In this document: piece by piece, positions 1 through 10,100 of the stretch
Position numbering within the stretch: position 1 is the first letter of the stretch
Layout: each line of letters begins with the position of its first letter
IMG/VR virus record: IMGVR_UViG_3300025120_000025
Location: 1-64,000 of that record
Reading direction: 5' to 3' (one strand)
From: a virus
DNA: 64,000 nucleotides
The notes under the pieces: model-generated
What the model saw: the letters and a program-made list of their open reading frames with translations, nothing else
What the model was told of the DNA's origin: nothing
The model's database searches: none
Made by a program: the position numbers and the translations under genes

Positions 1-96
1 AAAAAGGGAACTTCTATTGGTAGACACCCTATAACATCTACAATGAATAAAAGTAAACGTAGAAGTTTTAAAAAATATATAGGACAAGGTAGATAG
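1..96 (+). CDS. 3' end of a small basic protein (partial)
   Basis: Frame 1 reads KKGTSIGRHPITSTMNKSKRRSFKKYIGQGR*, ending directly before the PAAR ATG; truncated by the window edge. Confidence 0.7.
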   Translation, partial: KKGTSIGRHPITSTMNKSKRRSFKKYIGQGR

Positions 97-393
97 ATGC
101 CAGAGGTAACTAGAGTTGGATTAGACAAACACGTTGGTCATGCAAGTCCAACTCCAAATCCATTTCATCAAACTGCATACTCAGATGGTTCGCCTAATGT
201 GTTTACGAATAGTGCGAAGACTACAAGAAAAGGTGATAAGACTAGTTGCGGTGATCCGGCAACCGGTTGTAGTTCTACAGTGTTTGTGAATAATAAAGGT
301 GTGCATAGAAAAGGTGATGCAACTGGTGGTCATGGATCGTGGGTTGCTAATAAGAGTGCTTCAGGTTCATCTAATGTATTCGCTGGCGGATAA
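97..393 (+). CDS. PAAR-type baseplate spike tip protein (gp5.4-like)
   Basis: 98 aa; repeated V(F)xN..xxRKGD units, His/Cys ligands, ends GSSNVFAGG; precedes gp25. Confidence 0.9.
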   Translation: MPEVTRVGLDKHVGHASPTPNPFHQTAYSDGSPNVFTNSAKTTRKGDKTSCGDPATGCSSTVFVNNKGVHRKGDATGGHGSWVANKSASGSSNVFAGG

Positions 394-397
394 GAGG

Positions 398-405
398 TAT
401 AAATA
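398..405 (+). promoter_or_regulatory. T4-type late promoter
   Basis: TATAAATA just upstream of gp25. Confidence 0.75.
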
Positions 406-410
406 CTAGT

Positions 411-815
411 ATGGCAACGACTGTAACAAGAAAAACTGCTGATTTTAGCGACTTAGACTTCAACTTTACTAGATTGAGTAGTACTAGTGATGTGGCGAAG
501 AAGACTGACGTAGAAGCAGTAAAGCAGTCAATGAAAGCACTAATACAAACAAATTATTTCGATAGACCTTTTCATCCAGAATTAGGTTGCTCTGTTGCAG
601 GATTATTATTTGAAAATAACACTCCGATGACACAAAGAAGTATTAGAAAGTCAGTCGAAGAAGTTATACAAAATCACGAACCTAGAGCAGAAATTACGCA
701 AGTCGATGTAACAGATGGTTCAGATAACAATGAATATAGAGTGAGAATTTATTTTTATGTAGTTAATCATACACAGCAAGAGGTATTCGAAACCTACTTG
801 ACAAGGACACGCTAA
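411..815 (+). CDS. gp25: baseplate wedge subunit gp25
   Basis: FSDLDFNF, AVKQS, RPFHPELG, HEPR motifs; synteny. Confidence 0.92.
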   Translation: MATTVTRKTADFSDLDFNFTRLSSTSDVAKKTDVEAVKQSMKALIQTNYFDRPFHPELGCSVAGLLFENNTPMTQRSIRKSVEEVIQNHEPRAEITQVDVTDGSDNNEYRVRIYFYVVNHTQQEVFETYLTRTR

Positions 816-2782
816 TGGCACAGACAACTAAAAGACTACGAGTTACAGAACTCGACTTTGATGAAATTAAAACAAATTTGAAAACTCATATGCAATCGCA
901 AGATGCTTTCAGAGATTATAACTTTGAAGGTTCTGCGATGAATACATTGCTAGACGTATTATCTTACAATACACACTATAATGCAATATATGGTAATATG
1001 GTAGCAAACGAGATGTTTCTTGATAGTGCCGTTAAGAGAGATAGTGTCGTTTCACTTGCCAAACATTTAGGATATACACCTCGCTCTTCAGTTTCATCTA
1101 CTGCTAGATTGAACGTAACAGTCAATTCACCTAGTGGTAGTCCTGCTACTTTGACTATGCCTAAGGGTACAGTCTTTAGAGCAAGAGTATCTGGAACTAA
1201 CTATCAATTTGTAAACTTATCAGCAACTACTATTACACCTACTGAAGGAGTTTATCAATTCACTAACTTAGATGTTAAAGAAGGAACACTTCTAAACTTA
1301 CAATATACTAAAGATAGTAATACTACATCTCAAAGATTTTTACTAGACGAACCAAATATTGATATCACTACATTAAAAGTAACAATTCAAACTAGCGTAA
1401 CTGATATAACACAAAACACATTTACTGAAGCAAGTAATATTTTAGATATTGGCGCACTAAGTAAAGTGTATTTCTTAGACGCAGTAGAGAGTGGTCACTA
1501 TGAAGTAACATTTGGTGATGATGTTCTAGGTCAAGCACTTGCAGATGGTAATATCGTAATCTTAGAGTATGTTGTATGTAATGAAGAGGATCCTAATGGT
1601 GCTTCAGATTTCACATTACAATCTGCAATTGGTGGTTCTACTAATGCTACAATAACTACAGTTATTAATGCACAGAATGGCGGTCCTAGAGAGACTTTAG
1701 AAAGTATTAAATTTAATGCTCCTAAGTATTACTCATCACAAAATCGTGCAGTTACCGCAGAAGACTTCAAAGTTATTCTACCTAAGTTATATAATAACGT
1801 AGATACTATGCAAGTGTGGGGCGGTGAAGATAATGATCCACCTGTTTATGGTAAAGTCTTTATGGCAATCAAACCTAAAACAGGAAAAACATTGACAACA
1901 TCTACAAAGAATGCTATTAAGTCAACTTATCTTGCAGGTAAAACAATGGTATCAATCACACCAGAAATTGTAGACGCTGGATATATCTGCATTCTACCTA
2001 CAATTAATGTATATTGGAATCCAAACATTACATCTGCATCTTCTACAGAGATAGCAACTAAAGTTCGTAATGTAGTTGAAACATATGCTCAGAACGACAT
2101 TAAGAATTTTGATAGTGTCTTCAGATATTCTCAGTTCGTGAATAGAATTGACCTTGCTGATCCTGGTATCGTTTCTAACGTCACAACGATTAGATGTGAG
2201 AGACACTTTGATGCCATTCTAAATCAAGAAAGTAAGTACACGTTAAATTTCTATAATCCATTATTCACTCAAGGTGCTGGTGCGCCTACTAACTTATCAT
2301 CAACTGGTTTCACTATCGCCGGCAGAACACAGACACTTTATCTAGATGATGATGGCGCTGGTAATATTCGTTCATATTATCTTGAAGAAGGTTCATCAAC
2401 AAAAGTTATTGTTAATGCAACGCAAGGTGCTATTGATTACGCCGCAGGAAAGATTATTATTGACCAACTAAATATCTCTAGTACAGTTGTTGATGGTGGT
2501 GAAGTTGAGATATTTGTAACACTTAACTCTAATGATATTGTGAGTGTTCGTGAAATTCTTCTTATGATTAATCCATTGACAGTTGTTGTAAATACAATCG
2601 TTGATAAAGTAGCAACTGGAGAATCCTCTGCAGGTGTTGAATATATTACTACATCAAGTAGTGAACTAAGTAAGACTGGAGGAACAGGTGCCGCAGGACA
2701 AACTTCTACTATATCAGTTGGTAGTGGTTCGTCTAGTTCATCAAGTTCTTCAGGAAGCGGTAGCAGTGGAAGCAGTTATTAA
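815..2782 (+). CDS. gp6: baseplate wedge subunit gp6
   Basis: ELDFDEIK, DYNFEGS, NEMFLDSA, QNRAVT motifs; Ser/Gly-rich C-terminal tail. Confidence 0.95.
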   Translation: MAQTTKRLRVTELDFDEIKTNLKTHMQSQDAFRDYNFEGSAMNTLLDVLSYNTHYNAIYGNMVANEMFLDSAVKRDSVVSLAKHLGYTPRSSVSSTARLNVTVNSPSGSPATLTMPKGTVFRARVSGTNYQFVNLSATTITPTEGVYQFTNLDVKEGTLLNLQYTKDSNTTSQRFLLDEPNIDITTLKVTIQTSVTDITQNTFTEASNILDIGALSKVYFLDAVESGHYEVTFGDDVLGQALADGNIVILEYVVCNEEDPNGASDFTLQSAIGGSTNATITTVINAQNGGPRETLESIKFNAPKYYSSQNRAVTAEDFKVILPKLYNNVDTMQVWGGEDNDPPVYGKVFMAIKPKTGKTLTTSTKNAIKSTYLAGKTMVSITPEIVDAGYICILPTINVYWNPNITSASSTEIATKVRNVVETYAQNDIKNFDSVFRYSQFVNRIDLADPGIVSNVTTIRCERHFDAILNQESKYTLNFYNPLFTQGAGAPTNLSSTGFTIAGRTQTLYLDDDGAGNIRSYYLEEGSSTKVIVNATQGAIDYAAGKIIIDQLNISSTVVDGGEVEIFVTLNSNDIVSVREILLMINPLTVVVNTIVDKVATGESSAGVEYITTSSSELSKTGGTGAAGQTSTISVGSGSSSSSSSSGSGSSGSSY

Positions 2783-5649
2783 TGGCATTCAACCTCGACA
2801 ACGACCTTATCAAAGGTAAGATATCTTCAGTTATATCTGAACAATTACCTGAGTTTGTTCAATCAGACCATCCTACGTTTATCACGTTTTTAGATGCGTA
2901 TTATGAGTGGTTGGAACAACATGGTAATGCAGTTGAGGTTACAAGAAACGCAAAAATATATAATGATATTGATTTAACTGTCGATGCATTTGTTGGTTAC
3001 TTCAAAAAGAATTATCTTGTAGATATTCCTGATACAGTAACAAACGATAAGAGAACACTTCTTAAAAATATTAAGAACTTTTATCAAGCAAAAGGTACTG
3101 ATAAGTCAGTCATTCTACTCTTTAGAATGTTGTTTAATGAAGAAGTCAGTATTTACTATCCAAAGAGAGATATGTTACGGGTTTCTGATGGGCAGTTCTC
3201 TACAGATATCATTCTTAATTTAAAAAACGTAACAGGACCTATTTCAGACATTGTAGGTGCTAGTGTTATTCAAGCAAATAACCCATCTCAAAGTACTATC
3301 AATCTTGCAAGTGGCGGAGTTGAAAACTTCTTAGGTCTTCAAGTTGGTGTAGATACAGTTTATCAGTTATCATTAACTCAGAATAGTGTGAACGGAACTT
3401 TTGTTGCTGGACAAGAAGTCACAATTTCTACAGTAAATGGAACTGTCACTGGAATTATTGATGAAATCATTACTGATGTCAATATAACAACCTCTGGTGC
3501 TTACTTCACTGCTGGAGATGCACTAGTCACAAAGAACGTCACACCATTTATTCTCAAAGAAGATGGTGATAATATTTTAACTGAAGATAGTAAAACTCTT
3601 ATAACCGAAGAGATAGGAACTGCGGCCGCCTTTGATATTACATCTGTTGGTAAAGGTAAAATCGACAAGTATCTCATAGAAACTAAAGGTAAAGGTTATG
3701 TAGTAGGAGACGCACTTACATATACAAACTTTGGTCAAGGTTCTAGTGCTTCATCTAAAGTTGCAAGAGTTGAAGGTAGATTGATACAAGAGAGTAGTGG
3801 AGATGGTGTATTATTAGAAAACGGTCATAGTATTCTTGCTGGAAACTTAGTTGAACTAGTCAAAGAAGATGGTGATAATCTCTTAATGGAAGATGGTGGT
3901 AAAGTTATTCCTGAAACTGCAGACTTCTCTGGTGAAGTACATGAAATACTTATAGTCAATGAAGGTAATAACTACGACCAGTTACCTACAGTTTCTATCA
4001 CATCTACAAATGGTACAGGTGCAACTATATTTGCTACCTCTTCAAATGTAGGAAGAATAACTGGAATAGCAAGAACCAATTTAGGTAGTGGGTATACTCA
4101 AGCACCTCTTGTTACTTCTGATACAAATATGATATTAGAAGATATAACTGGAACATTTGTTGCTGGCGAAGCACTTACTTCACAACCTTACAGACAATTA
4201 AAAGAAGATACTGGTGGTATTAAACTAGAAACAGGAGACTTTTTAATTAGCGAAAATGCAGTTGTAGAGAATGGTATTATTACTACTATTGATACAACAA
4301 GGTCTCTATATAAAGTAAAACCTGACACTGCACTAGATAAATTTGATATATCACCAAGAAGAGGAAGAGTTACAGGAGGCACATCTGGTGCTACTGCAAC
4401 TATATTTCAAAGTTCTCCTGCGACTATTACTCCAGTTGTTGGAACACTATCTACAAGTGAAGGTGTTCTTACAGGTGCAGATGGACGTATTTCAGAAAGT
4501 TCTAAGAGTATTCAAGATAGTAAATACTTTCAAGATTTTTCTTACGTTATTAAAGTTGGTAACTCAATTAATATATGGAGAGATGCAGTCAAGAGAATAT
4601 TGCATCCAGTAGGTCTTGCACTATTCGGTGAAGTTTCTGTTCAAACTTCTGTTCGTGCTTCAGTGTATGGGGGTTCTGATGTAAGACTAAATGCTAATGA
4701 TCCTAGATTTAAACAAATTTTACAACTTATCAATATTTCAAGACAAGTATTATCAGTACCTAAAGAACAAAAGATAGAATTAGAAATTTTTGTTGAAGCA
4801 GTAAAGACTACAATGTTCCCAACTAGAGTTATGAAAGAAAGTGATGGTGCTATACTTCTAGAAGATAGTAATGAAACTATGTCTAATAAAGGCGCACAAT
4901 TCTTACTTGGAGAAGATAGTATTAATGGAACAGAAAAAGGTAGTGGTCTATTACCTACTTTGATATTCCCTCGTAGTCCAACACCTATGACTAATATTGA
5001 TGCTACAATGCAATTACTAAAAGAAATTATTCTGTTAATAAAAAATGTTTCAGTGAAAGCAGATGTAGAACTACCTTCAATAGGTTCTTCTGCAACACCA
5101 GATGTTACGATTATTATTGCCGCTTTTGAAGAGTTCGTTCAAGAGTTGACTGTAAATACTTCAGTTAAGCATCAAATAGAAATATATAAACAACTATCAC
5201 AAGTTGCAGTAGCAATTCAAAGAGCAGTTGTTTTACTGTTGCCAACTATTACTTCTAGCGATAAAGCATTAGTACAGGCAAGTTCAAAACTTCATATAAT
5301 CTCTCAGTTGGGATTAGAAGATGCACATCTACACGAATCCTATGGTTCTGCTCGATTAGGAAGCACAGGATATTCATTAGACAGATTTAAATTTTTGTTC
5401 CCACCTTACTCGGCAGGAACGAGACAAATCGACCGTGGTGGTCGTATACATAGAGCAACGTACAACAGTGCGAAACTCACAGCGAACTATAGTGGAAGTA
5501 ATTCTGCAAATAATACATATTGGGATGGACCTGCAAATACAAACATATCGCACCTATCTGAATATTTAATCGCTGATGACTTGGTAAACTACCCAGGAAG
5601 AAAGACACCTTTAGTATTTGATAGTGAAATCTTTCTACGAAGTAGTTAA
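2782..5649 (+). CDS. gp7: baseplate wedge initiator gp7-like protein
   Basis: QLPEFV..FL.AYYEWLE, FY.AKGT and IQDS.YFQDFSYVIK..HPVG motifs; between gp6 and gp8. Confidence 0.8.
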   Translation: MAFNLDNDLIKGKISSVISEQLPEFVQSDHPTFITFLDAYYEWLEQHGNAVEVTRNAKIYNDIDLTVDAFVGYFKKNYLVDIPDTVTNDKRTLLKNIKNFYQAKGTDKSVILLFRMLFNEEVSIYYPKRDMLRVSDGQFSTDIILNLKNVTGPISDIVGASVIQANNPSQSTINLASGGVENFLGLQVGVDTVYQLSLTQNSVNGTFVAGQEVTISTVNGTVTGIIDEIITDVNITTSGAYFTAGDALVTKNVTPFILKEDGDNILTEDSKTLITEEIGTAAAFDITSVGKGKIDKYLIETKGKGYVVGDALTYTNFGQGSSASSKVARVEGRLIQESSGDGVLLENGHSILAGNLVELVKEDGDNLLMEDGGKVIPETADFSGEVHEILIVNEGNNYDQLPTVSITSTNGTGATIFATSSNVGRITGIARTNLGSGYTQAPLVTSDTNMILEDITGTFVAGEALTSQPYRQLKEDTGGIKLETGDFLISENAVVENGIITTIDTTRSLYKVKPDTALDKFDISPRRGRVTGGTSGATATIFQSSPATITPVVGTLSTSEGVLTGADGRISESSKSIQDSKYFQDFSYVIKVGNSINIWRDAVKRILHPVGLALFGEVSVQTSVRASVYGGSDVRLNANDPRFKQILQLINISRQVLSVPKEQKIELEIFVEAVKTTMFPTRVMKESDGAILLEDSNETMSNKGAQFLLGEDSINGTEKGSGLLPTLIFPRSPTPMTNIDATMQLLKEIILLIKNVSVKADVELPSIGSSATPDVTIIIAAFEEFVQELTVNTSVKHQIEIYKQLSQVAVAIQRAVVLLLPTITSSDKALVQASSKLHIISQLGLEDAHLHESYGSARLGSTGYSLDRFKFLFPPYSAGTRQIDRGGRIHRATYNSAKLTANYSGSNSANNTYWDGPANTNISHLSEYLIADDLVNYPGRKTPLVFDSEIFLRSS

Positions 5650-5656
5650 AAAGTCT

Positions 5657-5664
5657 TATAAATA
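5657..5664 (+). promoter_or_regulatory. T4-type late promoter
   Basis: TATAAATA in gp7-gp8 spacer. Confidence 0.8.
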
Positions 5665-5699
5665 ATGTAATAAGTACTTATTAATTAAGAGAGGATAAA

Positions 5700-7058
5700 A
5701 TGGCCGCAATCATTACCAACAAGTTCCGTATTCACAATGCCGAGCAATACATCGAAGCATTCAGTGAAAGTGCTGGAACAAAAATATATCTTTTCATCGG
5801 TAGACCACAATCGTGGACCGATGATACCTCTCCTCCTACTCCTGCAGACAATAACGACACAGCGTTTAATGCGTATGACGATATGGTAGCAATGAAGCGT
5901 GTGGCATCTACAGATATCACACACGCAGTAGTAAGAAGAGATTGGGTTTCAGGAACTACATATGACGAATACGCACATGACTATTCATCAACAAATACTG
6001 CAAACTCAGGAGCAACTAGTTTATTCGCCGCAACATTTTATGTGTTGACTGACGATTATAACGTATACAAAGTAATCCACAATGATGGAAATACTGCTAG
6101 TACAGTTAAACCGACTGGCACTTCAACTGGTTATATCACGACTGCAGACGGATACATTTGGAAATATATGTATACTGTATCTGCCGCTGATGCACTGAAG
6201 TTCTTGTCAACTGACTTTATGCCTATCAGATACATTGCTTCTGATCCAGGCGCTGGACAACCGTACAAAGCACAGTTCGATACTGCCGCTGCCGCTGTTG
6301 CTGGTCAAATCAAGCAGATTAAAATTACTAACGCTGGTTCTGGATACAGTTCTGCACCAACAATCACTATTACTGGTGATGGTGCTAGTGCAACTGCAAC
6401 AGCAACAGTCTCAGGTGGTAACATTACTGCAATCACTATTACTAATACTGGTTCTAATTATACTCAAGCGAGTATCACTGTATCAGGTGGTGGAGGTTCT
6501 TCTGGAGCAGTGAAAGCAATTATCTCGCCTCCAGGTGGTCACTCAAGTTCTGCAGTAGATGAACTAGGTGGTTTCTATGTTATGAATAATGTAAGACTAG
6601 AATATGCTGATGGTTCTGGAGACTTCCCTGTTTCTAACGACTATCGTAGAATTGGTCTTGTTCGTGATCCACTTAATCATGGAACTACAGTAGTATCAAC
6701 TGCAACAACTTTGTCTGCAACGAAATCACTAACACTTCAATCTGGTGGTCTATCTGGAACATTTGCAACTGACGAAACACTCACAGGTGGTTCTTCTAGT
6801 GCTTCTGCAAAAGTAATTGACTGGAATGCATCAACAAGAGTGCTAAGATATTATCAAGATATCAATACTGGATTTGTGGCATTCACAGGTTCTGAAACCG
6901 TGAGTGGTGGTACATCATCTGCATCTGGAACTATTTCAGCATTGAATAATCCAGAAGTCGCAGTAGACAGTGGTGATATTATGTACATAGAACATCGTAG
7001 ACCTATTAATCGTGCTTCGGATCAGATTGAAGACATTAAATTGGTTATTGAATTCTAG
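5700..7058 (+). CDS. gp8: baseplate wedge subunit gp8
   Basis: MAAIITNKFRI, YLFIGRPQSW, DGYIWKYMY, C-terminal QIEDIKLVIEF. Confidence 0.92.
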   Translation: MAAIITNKFRIHNAEQYIEAFSESAGTKIYLFIGRPQSWTDDTSPPTPADNNDTAFNAYDDMVAMKRVASTDITHAVVRRDWVSGTTYDEYAHDYSSTNTANSGATSLFAATFYVLTDDYNVYKVIHNDGNTASTVKPTGTSTGYITTADGYIWKYMYTVSAADALKFLSTDFMPIRYIASDPGAGQPYKAQFDTAAAAVAGQIKQIKITNAGSGYSSAPTITITGDGASATATATVSGGNITAITITNTGSNYTQASITVSGGGGSSGAVKAIISPPGGHSSSAVDELGGFYVMNNVRLEYADGSGDFPVSNDYRRIGLVRDPLNHGTTVVSTATTLSATKSLTLQSGGLSGTFATDETLTGGSSSASAKVIDWNASTRVLRYYQDINTGFVAFTGSETVSGGTSSASGTISALNNPEVAVDSGDIMYIEHRRPINRASDQIEDIKLVIEF

Positions 7059-7115
7059 ACTAAATACTATTAACAAATATAGTATTTTTTTAGAGAAGAT
7101 ATCGGAGCAATATAA

Positions 7116-10100
7116 ATGGCAGTTATAGACTTTAATGTAGACCCCTACTATGATGATTTTGAGGGAACTACTGGTGCAAAATCAAAGGACTTTCATCGTG
7201 TTCTCTTTCGACCTGGATTTCCAGTTCAGGCGAGAGAGTTAACTCAATTACAATCAATCTTACAAAATCAGATTGAAAAGCATGGGCGACACGTTTTCAA
7301 AGAAGGTTCTATGGTTATTCCAGGAGACCTTGCATATGATATGCAATACGACTTTATTAAAGTTCAGTCAACATTTAATGCACAAAACGTAGAAAGTTAC
7401 AGAGCAGACTTTGTAAATAAGATTGTTACAGGTTCTGAAAGTGGTGTTAAAGCGAGAGTTATTGGAACACTTGCGGCCACCTCGACTACTCCATTAACAC
7501 TATATGTAAAATATGAAGATAGTGGCACATCTAATGAGGCCATTGCTTTTTTAATAGGTGAAAATGTAACATCTCTGAATGCTGACAATACAACTGCTAA
7601 AAACGCTCTATTATCTACAAATCAAACTACAGAATTGACGGCATCTTTATTTACTACTGGTACCGTCAATTCTTCTAACAACCTCAGCGCCGCCGGTGCT
7701 TTACTAAACAAATTCGATAGGTCTGCCGTACTTGCCGCAGGCACAAGCGATACTGTGGGTAGAGGTTCTGCAATTCAAATTCAAGCAGGTGTTTATTTTA
7801 TTAATGGGTTCTTTGTACAAAATGACGCACAAAGTATACTACTTGATAATTATTCACCTTATCCTTCTTATCGTATCGGGTTTCAAGTTACTCAATCAAC
7901 TACAACACCTGAAGAAGATGCGACATTAAAAGATAATGCTCAAGGTTCATCTAACTATGCCGCTCCAGGCGCACACAGATATAAGATTACATTAACACTA
8001 GTTAAGAAAGAATTGACTGCAAGTGATGATGTAAACTTTGTCGAACTAACAAGAGTAGAAGACGGTCAGATTTCTAAGATGACCGACAAAGCAACTTATA
8101 ACTTTTTACAAGAAGAGTTTGCTAGAAGAACTTACGATGAAAGTGGCGACTATGAAGTAAAACCATTTAGATTAGATGTTCGTGAACACTTAGCATCTGG
8201 TTCAAATAGAGGCGTTTGGTCTTCTGCCGAAACAGGCGATGCGGCAAAACTTGCTCTAGGTGTAGAACCTGGTAAAGCATACGTTCAAGGTTATGAAGTT
8301 GAATCCCAAATAACAAAATTTATCAATACCCCTAAACCACGAACATTCAATAGTGTAGTTGATACTCCAATTCAAACAGATGTTGGTAACTTTGTTCTTG
8401 TAAAAAATCTTAAAGGTCTTCCTGATATTAATGATTTTCCAGAAGTTTTTATTTACGACAACTTCATTGCTGGTAATGGAGGTGGAGGTGCCGCCGCACC
8501 AATCGGTACTTGTAACATTCGTGGTATTCAATTACATGATGGTGACTTTACTGGAACTATCTCAGATGTAAAATATAAATTAGGCATCTTTGATATTCAA
8601 ATGAATGATGGTAAAGATTTTGCTAGAGATGCAAGAGCATTCGGAGATAATACTGATCCGGATAATGCGACATTCTCTTGTAATATCAATCCAAAACTTA
8701 TTACGCTTTCTGGTACTGTAACAACTACCGCAGACCCTACTGTAGTTGGCGTAGGTACTCTATTCTTATCTCAACTTAGAGCAGGCGATAGACTGTTCGT
8801 AAATGATGTTGATGTTGGTGAAGTCGCCGCAACAGGTACCTTTAACAATCTTAGTATTGAATTAGGAGGAAATGCTCTTTCTAATATTGCTGGCGGTACG
8901 GTAAAACGTATGTCTGCAGAACTTCTAAGACCTCATCAGAAAATTCTAGTGTTTCCAACTGGATACTTTAGAACAAGAAAAATTCGTGGTAGTGATGCAC
9001 AGAATCCAGATAATGTATTATCTTCAACTTATACAGTAAGAAGACAACTTACAACTCAAAATATTACTGCTGGACAATTAACTTTCACAGTTCCATCTAA
9101 CGAAAGTTTTGCATCTGTATCTAACTTACAAAACTTTGTATTAATAGCGAGTTCTGCAGGTACAGGTACTCTTGCTACTGCTAACGTAGGCGCAGTCATA
9201 CCACTTGTCGCCTCAGACTTAGCATTAACAAACTCTAATAGAACACTTACAATCAGTAATGTCAATAGTAAGACACTACCTAGTGGTGCTAGTCCTGTTA
9301 ATGGTGTTACTTGTACTCTAGTTGCTTCTGTTACAATCACAGGTGCCGCTGGAGCAGAGAAACAAAAAGCACTACAGTCTAACCAAACAGTACAGATAAC
9401 AACTCAAGGCGCCGTACAAAAAACAGAAATAACTCTCGGTAAAGCAGATGGTTACGCATTGAAGTCTGTTAAAATGGCGGCAGACTTTAGTACAAATGCA
9501 ACTGCAACTTCTCAAGATATTACAGATAGATACGAATTTGATAATGGTCAAAGAGATGCATTTTACGACTTAGCAAGAATTAGTCTGAAACCTGGTCGTC
9601 CAGCACCAACTGGTCGTATTCTAGTAACATTCGATTACTTCACTCATGCTGGTGGTGATTATTTCTCAGTAGACAGTTACGATGGTATTGTTTCTTATGA
9701 AAGTATTCCATCATATACTTCACCTGATGGCGATGGTGATACTTACGATTTGAGAGATTGTCTAGACTTTAGACCAAGAATTGATGACGCTGGTGTAAAC
9801 TTTACATCTTCAGGCGCATCTGCAACTGAACTACCTATGGTAGGTACAAACTTCAATGCAGACTTCTCATACTTCTTAGGACGTATTGATAAGATTGCAA
9901 TGAACTTTGATGGAAGTCTTATAAGAATTCCTGGTGTTCCTGATATTAATCCTAAACCACCACTCGACCTTGGTAAAGCAATGACACTTTTTGAAGTGAC
10001 AATGAAACCTTATGTTGTCAATACTTCAGAAGTCTTATCTAAAAAAATTAAAAACAGACGCTATACAATGCGTGACATTGGTCGTCTTGAAACAAGAATT

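Noticed and set aside
7062-7091. AT-rich hairpin plus T-run after gp8 as a terminator
   Set aside because: The 9-bp stem has only one G-C pair; too weak to call
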